DNA of 64,000 nt from the sequence record MT446420.1. One strand, given 5' to 3'. Under the pieces are notes generated by a model. That model was not told where the DNA came from. It saw nothing but the letters and a program-made list of their open reading frames with translations, and searched no databases. Positions within the stretch are counted from its first letter, which is position 1. Each line of letters starts with the position of its first letter. This document shows positions 9,909 through 18,373 of the stretch, piece by piece. Both the position numbers and the translations under genes were made by a program. This DNA comes from Escherichia virus TH54.

Positions 9909-10433
9909 TTATGCGAGAACCGTCTTTAAACGCTCTTCAAACTTCTGAAGGAGTGCCTGGCGCTCTGCTCTTTGTTTGGTATAGGTTTCAATACGCTCTG
10001 AAGTGAGATTGTATTGTTCATTAACTGATTCCCGCATGAATTCAGGAATCTCTTTACATGCTTTGATTTCATTGAACTTATCAAGCACCGCTTGTTGTTC
10101 AGCAATCAGACCATCATAATATTGGATATCTGATTTGATGTTTTGTACATCAGATTCAGTAGGCATATTTTTCTTTGCTCTTGATGCCTGATACTCAGCA
10201 TTAGTCTCTCTTGACCAGAACAAAGAGCGGTTTTTATTGGTGTTTTTATACACATCAACAATACCAACTGAATCAACAGTCACAATCCAGTTCCAGGCGT
10301 TTTTATAAGTTTGACCACCTGATACTGTAATCTCACCAGCACAAGCAACATCATTAAAGAACTTGCTTTGTGCTTCTGATTTAAAATTACCATTATTGTA
10401 ATTAATCAGATTAAAGATTGATTTGGCTTCCAT
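9909..10433 (-). CDS. hypothetical protein, 174 aa
   Basis: ORF track; preceded by conserved leader cassette. Confidence 0.65.
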   Translation of the reverse strand: MEAKSIFNLINYNNGNFKSEAQSKFFNDVACAGEITVSGGQTYKNAWNWIVTVDSVGIVDVYKNTNKNRSLFWSRETNAEYQASRAKKNMPTESDVQNIKSDIQYYDGLIAEQQAVLDKFNEIKACKEIPEFMRESVNEQYNLTSERIETYTKQRAERQALLQKFEERLKTVLA

Positions 10434-10435
10434 TT

Positions 10436-10500
10436 TATTCTCCAGTATTTGGTAACTCAGTATGGGAACATTATACGTCTATCCCCATACTATGTACACA
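10436..10500 (-). promoter_or_regulatory. early promoter/leader cassette (conserved CCATACTGAGTTACCAAATA ... GGAGAATAAAATG)
   Basis: repeated about 50-nt element. Confidence 0.5.
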
Positions 10501-10501
10501 T

Positions 10502-10804
10502 TTAATTAAAAGTTCTTTCAGTATTTTCACCGCTGAACCAGACGCTCTTAACGGCTTGCTGGGCGCGATGGAGCTGCTCTGCCATATAAACACCAAGGGC
10601 CTCAGCTTTACGTGTCCTGTGAGCTTCTGCGGCGACCATTTGCAGCTTATCCATCATGATAAGAGCTTTGCATTTCTCCTTCAGAGCATATCGCTTCTTC
10701 TCTTCTGGAGTTTTGACCATTCCTCTTAACTTGTGCATTTTCAACTTAAAATGGTCAGCAGATTTCAGACATGCATCAATCATGTCAATTTCATACTTTT
10801 TCAT
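10502..10804 (-). CDS. hypothetical protein, 100 aa
   Basis: ORF track. Confidence 0.55.
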   Translation of the reverse strand: MKKYEIDMIDACLKSADHFKLKMHKLRGMVKTPEEKKRYALKEKCKALIMMDKLQMVAAEAHRTRKAEALGVYMAEQLHRAQQAVKSVWFSGENTERTFN

Positions 10805-10810
10805 AATTCC

Positions 10811-11017
10811 TCACTTGCGACGACGTTTTGGTAATGGTTTAGGGAAGAACATTGCTTTACCTGCAGGGGTCAAAGTCACACGTAAAGCATTACCAATACC
10901 AAGGGATGCTTTAACCAGACCTTTGGCTTTTAACTCACCAAATGCTTGACGTTGTTCAGGGTCACGAGTGTTAACCATCAGACCTTTTTCACCAGCAGCT
11001 TTGATTAATTCTAACAT
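10811..11017 (-). CDS. hypothetical basic protein, 68 aa
   Basis: ORF track; conserved leader upstream. Confidence 0.55.
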   Translation of the reverse strand: MLELIKAAGEKGLMVNTRDPEQRQAFGELKAKGLVKASLGIGNALRVTLTPAGKAMFFPKPLPKRRRK

Positions 11018-11019
11018 TT

Positions 11020-11095
11020 TATTCTCCGTTTGTTTATTTGGTAACTCAGTATGGAATCATTATGCATCATGACCATCTGGTTGTACACATATACT
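11020..11095 (-). promoter_or_regulatory. early promoter/leader cassette
   Basis: same conserved element as 10436..10500. Confidence 0.5.
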
Positions 11096-11134
11096 AAATA
11101 AAAATACTTAATAAAACCATAAAGGAGAAAGTTT

Positions 11135-11881
11135 ATGATTTTATCCGGAAGAACTGTTGATGAACTCAATGAAAAAGTCCAGGCTGCCTTGGCTAATAAT
11201 TGGTATTTGTTTGGTTCGACTATGGTGTTGCCGAATACCCCTACGGATAGCAAAGAGCGTTTTTTCCAAACTATGTCCAGCTCGGAAACTCAGATACCGG
11301 GTCCACCTGGTCCCAAAGGAGAACCGGGTGTACCAGGACCAAAAGGAGACCCAGGTGGGGATGGAAAATCTTCTTATCAGATATGGCTTGACTTGGGAAA
11401 TACAGGAACTGTTGATGATTTTTTAACTGATACAGCAGGAAAGAGGGAAAAATCCGAGGTGTTTTGGAGTGGTATAAACGTTCTATTAACCAATGGTGTG
11501 ACTTCAAACATAATTAGTGTTTTAAAGGGGATTCCACCGACTGCAGGGACTCTATCTCCGTTTTTTAGAACCACTGATGATAAGTTGTGGCCATATAACC
11601 AAGACAGAAGCCTAATGTTTAAACTCAACCTTATTGGTAATTTTGCAGGAGCCTCGCAAGCTCGAAGTATAACATTAAATTTCGTTGGAACCAACGGAAA
11701 CACTTATATACAGAATCGTCCGGAAAATGCTACAGATATTTTGTCTTTTACAACGTTCTTTAGCATTGATAAAGATGGGGCAATGGCAACCAATGGTACA
11801 GCTATAACTGTTATGCCAAATGGCGGCAACTTTACAATAACCTCTGCATTGTTAGTAGCCGAACAAACAGTGACTTCATAA
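11135..11881 (+). CDS. collagen-like repeat protein (Gly-X-Y x8) with beta-rich C-terminal domain; opposite strand to flanking genes
   Basis: GPPGPKGEPGVPGPKGDPGGDG repeat; AGGAG RBS; terminator hairpin downstream. Confidence 0.7.
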   Translation: MILSGRTVDELNEKVQAALANNWYLFGSTMVLPNTPTDSKERFFQTMSSSETQIPGPPGPKGEPGVPGPKGDPGGDGKSSYQIWLDLGNTGTVDDFLTDTAGKREKSEVFWSGINVLLTNGVTSNIISVLKGIPPTAGTLSPFFRTTDDKLWPYNQDRSLMFKLNLIGNFAGASQARSITLNFVGTNGNTYIQNRPENATDILSFTTFFSIDKDGAMATNGTAITVMPNGGNFTITSALLVAEQTVTS

Positions 11882-11883
11882 AC

Positions 11884-11905
11884 AAAAAAGGGCCGTATGG
11901 CCCTT
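11884..11905 (-). terminator. bidirectional rho-independent terminator (GGGCC-GTAT-GGCCC flanked by A6/T-run)
   Basis: GC hairpin plus T-run on minus strand. Confidence 0.65.
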
Positions 11906-12146
11906 AGATTGCACTCCAAAAATTATGGAATCTTATAGTATTGATAGCCCAGTTAACAAACCTGCGAGTTTGCTTGGGAGTTGGTTTGCATATGTACTTG
12001 ATATTGACCCGACGACCAGTTTCACGACAGACTGCTTCGAGATACCAGCGGCGACCTTTATGAGGTCTTCCATACGATAAGAAGACCTTGATTTCCTGGT
12101 TATCGATAATAGGAATTGTGGTTGTCAAGATATACCTCCTCAACAA
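11904..12146 (-). CDS. hypothetical basic protein, 80 aa (may be spurious)
   Basis: ORF track. Confidence 0.3.
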   Translation of the reverse strand: MLRRYILTTTIPIIDNQEIKVFLSYGRPHKGRRWYLEAVCRETGRRVNIKYICKPTPKQTRRFVNWAINTIRFHNFWSAI

Positions 12147-13110
12147 ACTTGTCCCAGAACTTCATGTCCACCTTCGCAGGCATACCATTCTTAGCAGCCC
12201 AGATGGCATTAGTTTCGACTTCATCAACGATAGCTTCAAGTTCAGCCTGTACATCTTTAAAAGCATGTAACCCTTGTTTGATTTCAAGGATAAACGGTGC
12301 TGTTCGTAAAGGATATTGAAGGTCACCGGTCATATAAATTTCCTTCAGCTGATATCCAGCTCGATAAGCATGACTCAATGCTTTCCAGTCAATACCTTCA
12401 TTCGCTTCGGCCTTACGAGCACGTTCACCATATTCGGCATCAAGTTTATTCAGAGATTGCTTGAGCTCGATTAAAGACAGAGTAGTTTGGTATTTACGAC
12501 CGAGGACAGTATAGAACGTTTGAGGACCTGTTTTCTCATGGTTATGAAATACCCATTCACAGAACTCGTTTTCAGGGAGCCGGTGCTTAATATCTTCTAC
12601 CTTAGTACGTCGTTGCTTAGTAGAACCATCTTCTTGATAATCGACCCATTGTTCAGGAATCTGGTTAACGATTTCCAATACACCACGCAGTGCAGCCAAT
12701 CGAGAACCTTTAACACCATATTTGGAAGCTTGCTTGCGGACATACCCCAAATAGGCTTTCATGTTGGTTGTATAGAACCGCGAACGGTTATCCTGAATAA
12801 ACTTCCATACATCTGGTAAATCGGATTTGACAACCAGGTCAGCCGGCGTGTGAATCATGTCCAGAGCAACGGTTTCGCCTTCGGCCGCCAGTTTAAAGAA
12901 ATATTTCAGACTATAAAGTTCATGGTCAACATCATCTTTTGTATTTTTGGTAGCCGTGTTATTCGTGTTCAGGTTGGTATGGTTCATCGCCGTCCCAAGT
13001 AGAATATCACGAGGATGTGGAACAAAGATTTCTTTAAAATCGACATCAGATTCTGGGGTACTTGTTCCATAAAGGTGGCTACCGAAGTAGCCTTTCATAA
13101 TAGTTTTCAT
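12100..13110 (-). CDS. Pol-beta superfamily nucleotidyltransferase-like protein, about 336 aa
   Basis: GSHLYGTSTPESDVDF (GS-x10-DxD) motif near N-terminus. Confidence 0.7.
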   Translation of the reverse strand: MKTIMKGYFGSHLYGTSTPESDVDFKEIFVPHPRDILLGTAMNHTNLNTNNTATKNTKDDVDHELYSLKYFFKLAAEGETVALDMIHTPADLVVKSDLPDVWKFIQDNRSRFYTTNMKAYLGYVRKQASKYGVKGSRLAALRGVLEIVNQIPEQWVDYQEDGSTKQRRTKVEDIKHRLPENEFCEWVFHNHEKTGPQTFYTVLGRKYQTTLSLIELKQSLNKLDAEYGERARKAEANEGIDWKALSHAYRAGYQLKEIYMTGDLQYPLRTAPFILEIKQGLHAFKDVQAELEAIVDEVETNAIWAAKNGMPAKVDMKFWDKFVEEVYLDNHNSYYR

Positions 13111-13559
13111 TCTTTGTCCTCGAAGTGGATTACTGGGCACATCTTAAATTTACGAGCTTTAATATATTGAATGAAAACATTTTCTTTAATTTCCTTTCCT
13201 TCACGTTTAGCTTTAATGCGTTCCCATTCTTTTTCTTCTTTACGTAAATCGTACCAGGCCCATAAATTCATTATACAATATACAATACCGACGGCTACCG
13301 CTAGAATAAGAGCCAGTGTAACCAGTCCTAAAATAAAACCTAAACTTAAGCCAACAGGAGTACTCAATACAAAGAACTGCTCCAATATACCAGCACCTGC
13401 AACAGTTAAGCCGAAAATAGTACTACCTGCAAGCACAGAACACATAAAGCACACCCAAACCATTTTCCAGAAGTATGCGCATAATGAGCGTGGACGTGAA
13501 TAACTGGCATAAAAACGGTCGTGTAATTTAACGTGCCAAGAGTTTGAATTGATAATCAT
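13107..13559 (-). CDS. membrane protein, 150 aa
   Basis: multiple hydrophobic helices. Confidence 0.6.
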   Translation of the reverse strand: MIINSNSWHVKLHDRFYASYSRPRSLCAYFWKMVWVCFMCSVLAGSTIFGLTVAGAGILEQFFVLSTPVGLSLGFILGLVTLALILAVAVGIVYCIMNLWAWYDLRKEEKEWERIKAKREGKEIKENVFIQYIKARKFKMCPVIHFEDKE

Positions 13560-13569
13560 AATATTTTCC

Positions 13570-14130
13570 TTAAGAGTTCATAGTTGGGATAACAGAGTTC
13601 AGATAAGAGACTAAAACTTTTAGCTCGTCTTTAGTAAATACCACTTCACTTTCGCCGTCATGTCTTTGGACAATGGACAACAAGTCACGGCCGTTATGTT
13701 GATGCACAGTCAGTTCAGTATTATAATCTAATTCCTCTTCATCGCCTTCAAACGTTTCGCTAGAGCGAATCAGTGCGTCTTGTCCTGGGACTTTCCATTC
13801 AACTTCTGGTTTACATTCTTCCTGGAACAGTTTGAAAATACAATCAAAGAATTTATCAGAATCGCTGATGCTCAGACATTCAATACCATTTTCTAAATTA
13901 AACCCGTTTTCGTTTTTATAGATATAGGCATACATATCATCATTGATATCAACAGGAGCACTAGCACGACCATTAAGATAATCGTGTCTATCCAAAACCA
14001 TTAAATCATAAAGCGGTTTAATATCAGCGATAGTCAGTACGATTTTATCGTCTTCTTGACAAAGCTCAATTGCGTTATTAACTACTTCAGCGGTCAGTTC
14101 GCCAAACAATTCAGTTGTTTCAATAATCAT
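13570..14130 (-). CDS. hypothetical acidic protein, 186 aa
   Basis: ORF track. Confidence 0.6.
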   Translation of the reverse strand: MIIETTELFGELTAEVVNNAIELCQEDDKIVLTIADIKPLYDLMVLDRHDYLNGRASAPVDINDDMYAYIYKNENGFNLENGIECLSISDSDKFFDCIFKLFQEECKPEVEWKVPGQDALIRSSETFEGDEEELDYNTELTVHQHNGRDLLSIVQRHDGESEVVFTKDELKVLVSYLNSVIPTMNS

Positions 14131-14140
14131 TTTCTGTTCC

Positions 14141-14431
14141 TCAACGGTTATGTTTTAAAATACTATAAAGTGCTTCTACTTGGCTTGCATCCAGGTAAAT
14201 AACATCATCATCTTGCTCAATGGAAATCCCACCAGTATTACCTTTAACAAAATTACATTCGCACACTTCAACCGGGCGGTATACGTCACCAACTGGATGC
14301 TCAGGCTCCAGAACAATCACACCATTTTCAGAATTACCACTTGGGTCATATAACATTACAGTTTCCTCGCTAACCATGAAAAGAATAAACCAATTAAAAC
14401 AGGCCCTATAGCCATTGTTAACCAAGCCCAA
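14141..14431 (-). CDS. hypothetical protein, 96 aa
   Basis: ORF track. Confidence 0.5.
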   Translation of the reverse strand: MGLVNNGYRACFNWFILFMVSEETVMLYDPSGNSENGVIVLEPEHPVGDVYRPVEVCECNFVKGNTGGISIEQDDDVIYLDASQVEALYSILKHNR

Positions 14432-14447
14432 GGTTCAAGATAGTAAA

Positions 14448-14705
14448 TCATCTCATGCTCCTGTGCCAACAATTTCTTGGTTCACGTTTAAAAATTTCAT
14501 CATGCATTGATTGACAACCAACACAATATATCACACCCCTAATCGCTTGTCTCCGCGCTTCAGGAATTTTTTCATCGCAGTCAAAACAGAATTCAGCAGA
14601 CTCCCTTTCAACTGCAACCTGTGCTCTCGCATGGGTGATAGCGGCTTGTACAACCGCTTCCATCTCTAACTGTTCAGCACCATCTTTTGCAAATCCAACA
14701 GCCAT
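14448..14705 (-). CDS. TraR/DksA-type C4 zinc-finger protein
   Basis: CFDC-x17-CVGC motif. Confidence 0.7.
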   Translation of the reverse strand: MAVGFAKDGAEQLEMEAVVQAAITHARAQVAVERESAEFCFDCDEKIPEARRQAIRGVIYCVGCQSMHDEIFKREPRNCWHRSMR

Positions 14706-14887
14706 TATTCTTTCAACCCATTCAGATAAGCAATTAATTCTTCTTTAGAACTATTCAAATCACGCTTGCACTGTTCTATTCCAGAATATGAATAACCTTC
14801 ACATAATTCAACAGCCAGGTCATTGGATGCGTTTTCAATGTGCCAAGCAAGTTTGATAATTTTTTCAATCTGTTCAGTAGTTAACAT
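14705..14887 (-). CDS. small protein, paralog 1 of MITLEQ family
   Basis: MLTTEQIEKIIKL start; tandem with two paralogs. Confidence 0.55.
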   Translation of the reverse strand: MLTTEQIEKIIKLAWHIENASNDLAVELCEGYSYSGIEQCKRDLNSSKEELIAYLNGLKE

Positions 14888-15081
14888 TATGCAGTCCTGT
14901 AATCAATAATTTCGTCAAGGAACATATCCAATGCTTCCAGAGCATTGTCAACCTTTGCTTCTAATTCTTCACCACCACCAAGCGATGGGGACCAATACGC
15001 AAAGTCATTTAGTGTTTCATCTGCTTCGCGAATCGCTTTTACCAATGCTTTAATTCTATCAGCTTGTTCTAAAGTAATCAT
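14887..15081 (-). CDS. small protein, paralog 2 of MITLEQ family
   Basis: MITLEQADRIKAL. Confidence 0.55.
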   Translation of the reverse strand: MITLEQADRIKALVKAIREADETLNDFAYWSPSLGGGEELEAKVDNALEALDMFLDEIIDYRTA

Positions 15082-15266
15082 TATTCCACCAATGATTCAA
15101 TGAAGGTATCAAGAGCTGCTTTAGCTTCATCCATTTGTTCTTCACACCGATTTCTGGTGTAATAATCAGATAAATCAGATTCAGATACTACAGTAAAGAA
15201 TCGGACTTCTTTCTTGTAGTTGGCGATAAGTTCTTTAAGTTTTTGAGCTTGTTCTAAAGTAATCAT
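15081..15266 (-). CDS. small protein, paralog 3 of MITLEQ family (start trimmed)
   Basis: MITLEQAQKLKEL; 33-bp DNA repeat at gene junction. Confidence 0.55.
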   Translation of the reverse strand: MITLEQAQKLKELIANYKKEVRFFTVVSESDLSDYYTRNRCEEQMDEAKAALDTFIESLVE

Positions 15267-15469
15267 TATTCCACCACATATGATAATGAGAAAATTGCTG
15301 ATGAAAGATGAGTAGCATCTTCTTCGCACAGTTCAAATGGAGCTTTCTGTAAGAGTTCAACAACTTCTTCATCAGTGGCACTGTCCATAAAGATTGCATA
15401 ATCATTAAGATAGATAACAACCTCATCACCAGTATTAACTGCATCAATCTTGATATTTTTAATTCTCAT
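15266..15469 (-). CDS. hypothetical acidic protein, 67 aa
   Basis: ORF track; promoter cassette upstream. Confidence 0.5.
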   Translation of the reverse strand: MRIKNIKIDAVNTGDEVVIYLNDYAIFMDSATDEEVVELLQKAPFELCEEDATHLSSAIFSLSYVVE

Positions 15470-15530
15470 TGTATTCTCCTCAGTAGTTGATGGGATAATA
15501 GTACACCCTTTTTATGAGGATGTAAACCCC
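15470..15530 (-). promoter_or_regulatory. early promoter-like cassette
   Basis: GTTTACAT -35-like plus conserved leader. Confidence 0.45.
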
Positions 15531-15537
15531 TAAATGA

Positions 15538-15566
15538 AAAAAGGTCCACCCGAAGGCAGACCTTTT
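15538..15566 (-). terminator. terminator-like hairpin flanked by A/T runs
   Basis: AAAAAGGTC...GACCTTTT. Confidence 0.45.
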
Positions 15567-15569
15567 GAA

Positions 15570-15953
15570 TTACTCTAGTGTTAACAGATACTTAGTCTGA
15601 AAGAAAACTCCAACGATATCGTCCAGAGTCGATTGAATAGCCTTAGGTACAACTTTATAGACTCTTTCCGAGCTTTTAATCATTTCATCTAAAAACAAAA
15701 TTGTATCTTTCGGCAAGTCCGAGGCGGACGGTAATGCAGCTTTGTATTGTTTCCCGCTGTAACCTAACCATTGCTCACTGAACTGGTCGAGTGGACCTTG
15801 GATTTCTGTGAAGTAGAAATCATAAGCTTTATGGCGGGCGTAACTTTTGGTTTCAAGATGGGCGGACTTAAAATAAGCCAAAGAGACTAACAACCACCCA
15901 ATATATGAATCCACCTCAGACCCACGACCCGTTACGAAATCATCAAATTTCAT
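15570..15953 (-). CDS. hypothetical protein, 127 aa
   Basis: ORF track. Confidence 0.55.
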   Translation of the reverse strand: MKFDDFVTGRGSEVDSYIGWLLVSLAYFKSAHLETKSYARHKAYDFYFTEIQGPLDQFSEQWLGYSGKQYKAALPSASDLPKDTILFLDEMIKSSERVYKVVPKAIQSTLDDIVGVFFQTKYLLTLE

Positions 15954-16236
15954 CTTCCAATTTTACCTTCATTAATTTAGCGTATTCGACTGCAGCAGCA
16001 CGGCCATCAATTTGACATGTGATTTCATTTACACATTGGCTCTTATTGTTCCATTCAGTTTTAATAAAAGCCCAAAATTGTTCGGACTGCTCGACGCTGG
16101 GTTCTTTGAATTGCGAATAGATTTGCATCGCACTATCTGCATACTGGGTAAATTTACCATCTGTAGCAGAGGACATATTTGGGCCTAAACAGCCCATTAG
16201 TAATAGACTTAGAGAAAGTCCTCGAATAAGGTCCAT
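15943..16236 (-). CDS. rI: lysis inhibition antiholin RI, 97 aa
   Basis: 97 aa as T4 RI; signal-anchor N-terminus; conserved SVEQSEQFW...C...C...KLE.E pattern. Confidence 0.75.
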   Translation of the reverse strand: MDLIRGLSLSLLLMGCLGPNMSSATDGKFTQYADSAMQIYSQFKEPSVEQSEQFWAFIKTEWNNKSQCVNEITCQIDGRAAAVEYAKLMKVKLEDEI

Positions 16237-16310
16237 AAAGGACTCCTTATTGTTGGTCATGATTACGCTTTGCAGCCTTAACATAGCGGAATACTAGTTA
16301 GTAACTGTAT

Positions 16311-16586
16311 TTATAATCTTTTAAACTTGAAACAATATATTGCAAATAAATCAGAAAAATGGCTATCAACCCATATTCTTTGCACTGGACTAGTAACAGT
16401 CAGCATATAATGTGCTTTTTGTAAATTTATTCCATTTTTATTCGGACATTCTTTATTAACAGAATGGTACGTGCTTGCTACTATTTCAATTTCCCTTTCA
16501 TATCTCTCGCTATCTGTTTGTGTGGGGATAAATGCAATTCCAGCAATAACAAAAATAGAGATATACGTCCAAATCTTATATATCAT
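16311..16586 (-). CDS. membrane-anchored hypothetical protein, 91 aa
   Basis: N-terminal TM helix. Confidence 0.5.
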   Translation of the reverse strand: MIYKIWTYISIFVIAGIAFIPTQTDSERYEREIEIVASTYHSVNKECPNKNGINLQKAHYMLTVTSPVQRIWVDSHFSDLFAIYCFKFKRL

Positions 16587-16593
16587 AAGGACC

Positions 16594-17166
16594 TCAGCTT
16601 GTCAATTCGAGCCAATGTTTCCTGCATAAAGATACGTACGATTCATTCCCACCGACCAATACTTGCTCGCCGTCCTTTACAGCAGCACCGTCGATTACTC
16701 GAGCGGTCATGGTTGCTTTCCGGCCGCAATGGCAGACGCCCTTTAATTCAACCAGTTTATCCGAAATAGCCAGAAGTCTGGCTGAACCGGGAAATAACTG
16801 ACCCCGAAAATCTGTTCTTAGCCCGTAACACATAACGGGGATATTGTAATTATCAACCACTCGTGCTAACTGGTCAATTTGCTCTGGCAACAAAAATTGA
16901 GCTTCATCGACCAGGACACAATGGATGTCCTTTTGAGACTCGGCCCATTTATAGAATTCAAACAGGTTCATGTCGGCCGTTACCAGGTTTGCTTCCTGGC
17001 TAATACCAATACGTGATTTAATTTCAGATTCCGAGTCCCGATTATCAATAACAGGCTTTAGCAAAAGCACACTCATTCCACGCTCTTTATAGGAATAAGC
17101 GGCAGTCAGCAATGAAGCTGTTTTGCCTGCATTCATTGCTGCGTAATGATAAATTAAACTCGCCAT
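16594..17166 (-). CDS. tk: thymidine kinase
   Basis: Walker A NAGKTASLL; Cys cluster; size as T4 Tk. Confidence 0.95.
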   Translation of the reverse strand: MASLIYHYAAMNAGKTASLLTAAYSYKERGMSVLLLKPVIDNRDSESEIKSRIGISQEANLVTADMNLFEFYKWAESQKDIHCVLVDEAQFLLPEQIDQLARVVDNYNIPVMCYGLRTDFRGQLFPGSARLLAISDKLVELKGVCHCGRKATMTARVIDGAAVKDGEQVLVGGNESYVSLCRKHWLELTS

Positions 17167-17175
17167 ATCACCTTC

Positions 17176-17361
17176 TTAAAGCGTATTCACATAAGCTATT
17201 AATTCGTTTTCTTTCTCATCAAATCGATTAGCAAATTCTTCCAGATGGTCGGCATCTATCGGGCCATATTCATCATAAAAGGCGTTTGCTTCCGTATGCT
17301 CGTCCAAAAGCTCATGGATAAGCTCAAACAATCTACTTTTCTGACTAATACTTAAACTCAT
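17176..17361 (-). CDS. hypothetical acidic protein, 61 aa
   Basis: ORF track. Confidence 0.5.
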   Translation of the reverse strand: MSLSISQKSRLFELIHELLDEHTEANAFYDEYGPIDADHLEEFANRFDEKENELIAYVNTL

Positions 17362-17564
17362 TTCAGTTCACCATATCGTACAAATTCAGGGTGTTCACAA
17401 TCACCAGAATGGAGACCTTCACCTTCATGGTTAGGACATCCTTTATTAGAACAGTACCACCAGTAATCAAATCCACATTCCATTTCATCGTTGCATAAAA
17501 CTGCGATTACTGGCCATTCGCATTTTTCACATTTGGCCGTTTTAAGAATTCGGGCTTGGCTCAT
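17358..17564 (-). CDS. Cys-rich small protein, 68 aa
   Basis: CEKC...CNDEMEC...CSNKGC...CEHP. Confidence 0.55.
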   Translation of the reverse strand: MSQARILKTAKCEKCEWPVIAVLCNDEMECGFDYWWYCSNKGCPNHEGEGLHSGDCEHPEFVRYGELK

Positions 17565-18015
17565 AATCCACCACTATTAAATCAATATCAGGAGTAAACA
17601 TGTCGATTAATTTAGAAACCTTATCCCAATCGCCGCCAGCAATACCACAACCAATACGAGGAATATAAATTACCGGTTTAAACAAAAGGGTTTCTGCCTG
17701 TAGATTTAATTCTATCATACAATTTACTAAAGCGCCATAATCAAGATTAGGGCCCGGTTCATATTGGGTGTACAAATTATAACACATACCAAACCCAGTA
17801 GGCTTATGTTTAAAAACAATAGACATATCACCGAGTTTTTCTCTGGAACCATATTCAGTAGTGGTTTTATCTATTTCTAAAACTTTTGGATAAGCCTTCG
17901 CCAACTGTCCAGCTACGCCAGAACCCATTGTGTGAAAGCAGTTGCAACCATGTGCAATAATATTGCCTTGAAGAAAGAGGGCGACAATATCGCCCTTAAT
18001 ATACTGGGTAATCAT
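17542..18015 (-). CDS. macro-domain (ADP-ribose binding/processing) protein
   Basis: HGCNC...MGSGVAGQL and IPRIGCGIAGGDW motifs. Confidence 0.75.
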   Translation of the reverse strand: MITQYIKGDIVALFLQGNIIAHGCNCFHTMGSGVAGQLAKAYPKVLEIDKTTTEYGSREKLGDMSIVFKHKPTGFGMCYNLYTQYEPGPNLDYGALVNCMIELNLQAETLLFKPVIYIPRIGCGIAGGDWDKVSKLIDMFTPDIDLIVVDYEPSPNS

Positions 18016-18371
18016 TTAGAGTTCAATCCTCTATTATATGAATCCACTAACCTGTCAACCATACTGGTGCAGGCCGCCTTATATTTTGCACTTGAAAGAA
18101 TGCAATCCATTTCAAATAATTTCTTTTCATATTTGTTGGATAATACATTCTTTTTCAAAAGTGTATGTTCAACATCATTTTGACCATCTTTATATGCCGC
18201 GGTGAGCTTGGCGCTGAACTGGATTACACAATCCACATTGCTTGCTGCGCAATAATCTTTAGCCGTCCTCGTTGCATATTCTATGATGCTGTTGTTGTCA
18301 TCGCTCTGTACTGAAGCTATTCCTCCCATGCTGAATACTAACCCTATGGCTAAAGTGATAACTCTTACCAT
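18012..18371 (-). CDS. secreted/periplasmic hypothetical protein, 119 aa
   Basis: N-terminal signal peptide. Confidence 0.6.
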   Translation of the reverse strand: MVRVITLAIGLVFSMGGIASVQSDDNNSIIEYATRTAKDYCAASNVDCVIQFSAKLTAAYKDGQNDVEHTLLKKNVLSNKYEKKLFEMDCILSSAKYKAACTSMVDRLVDSYNRGLNSK

Positions 18372-18373
18372 TT

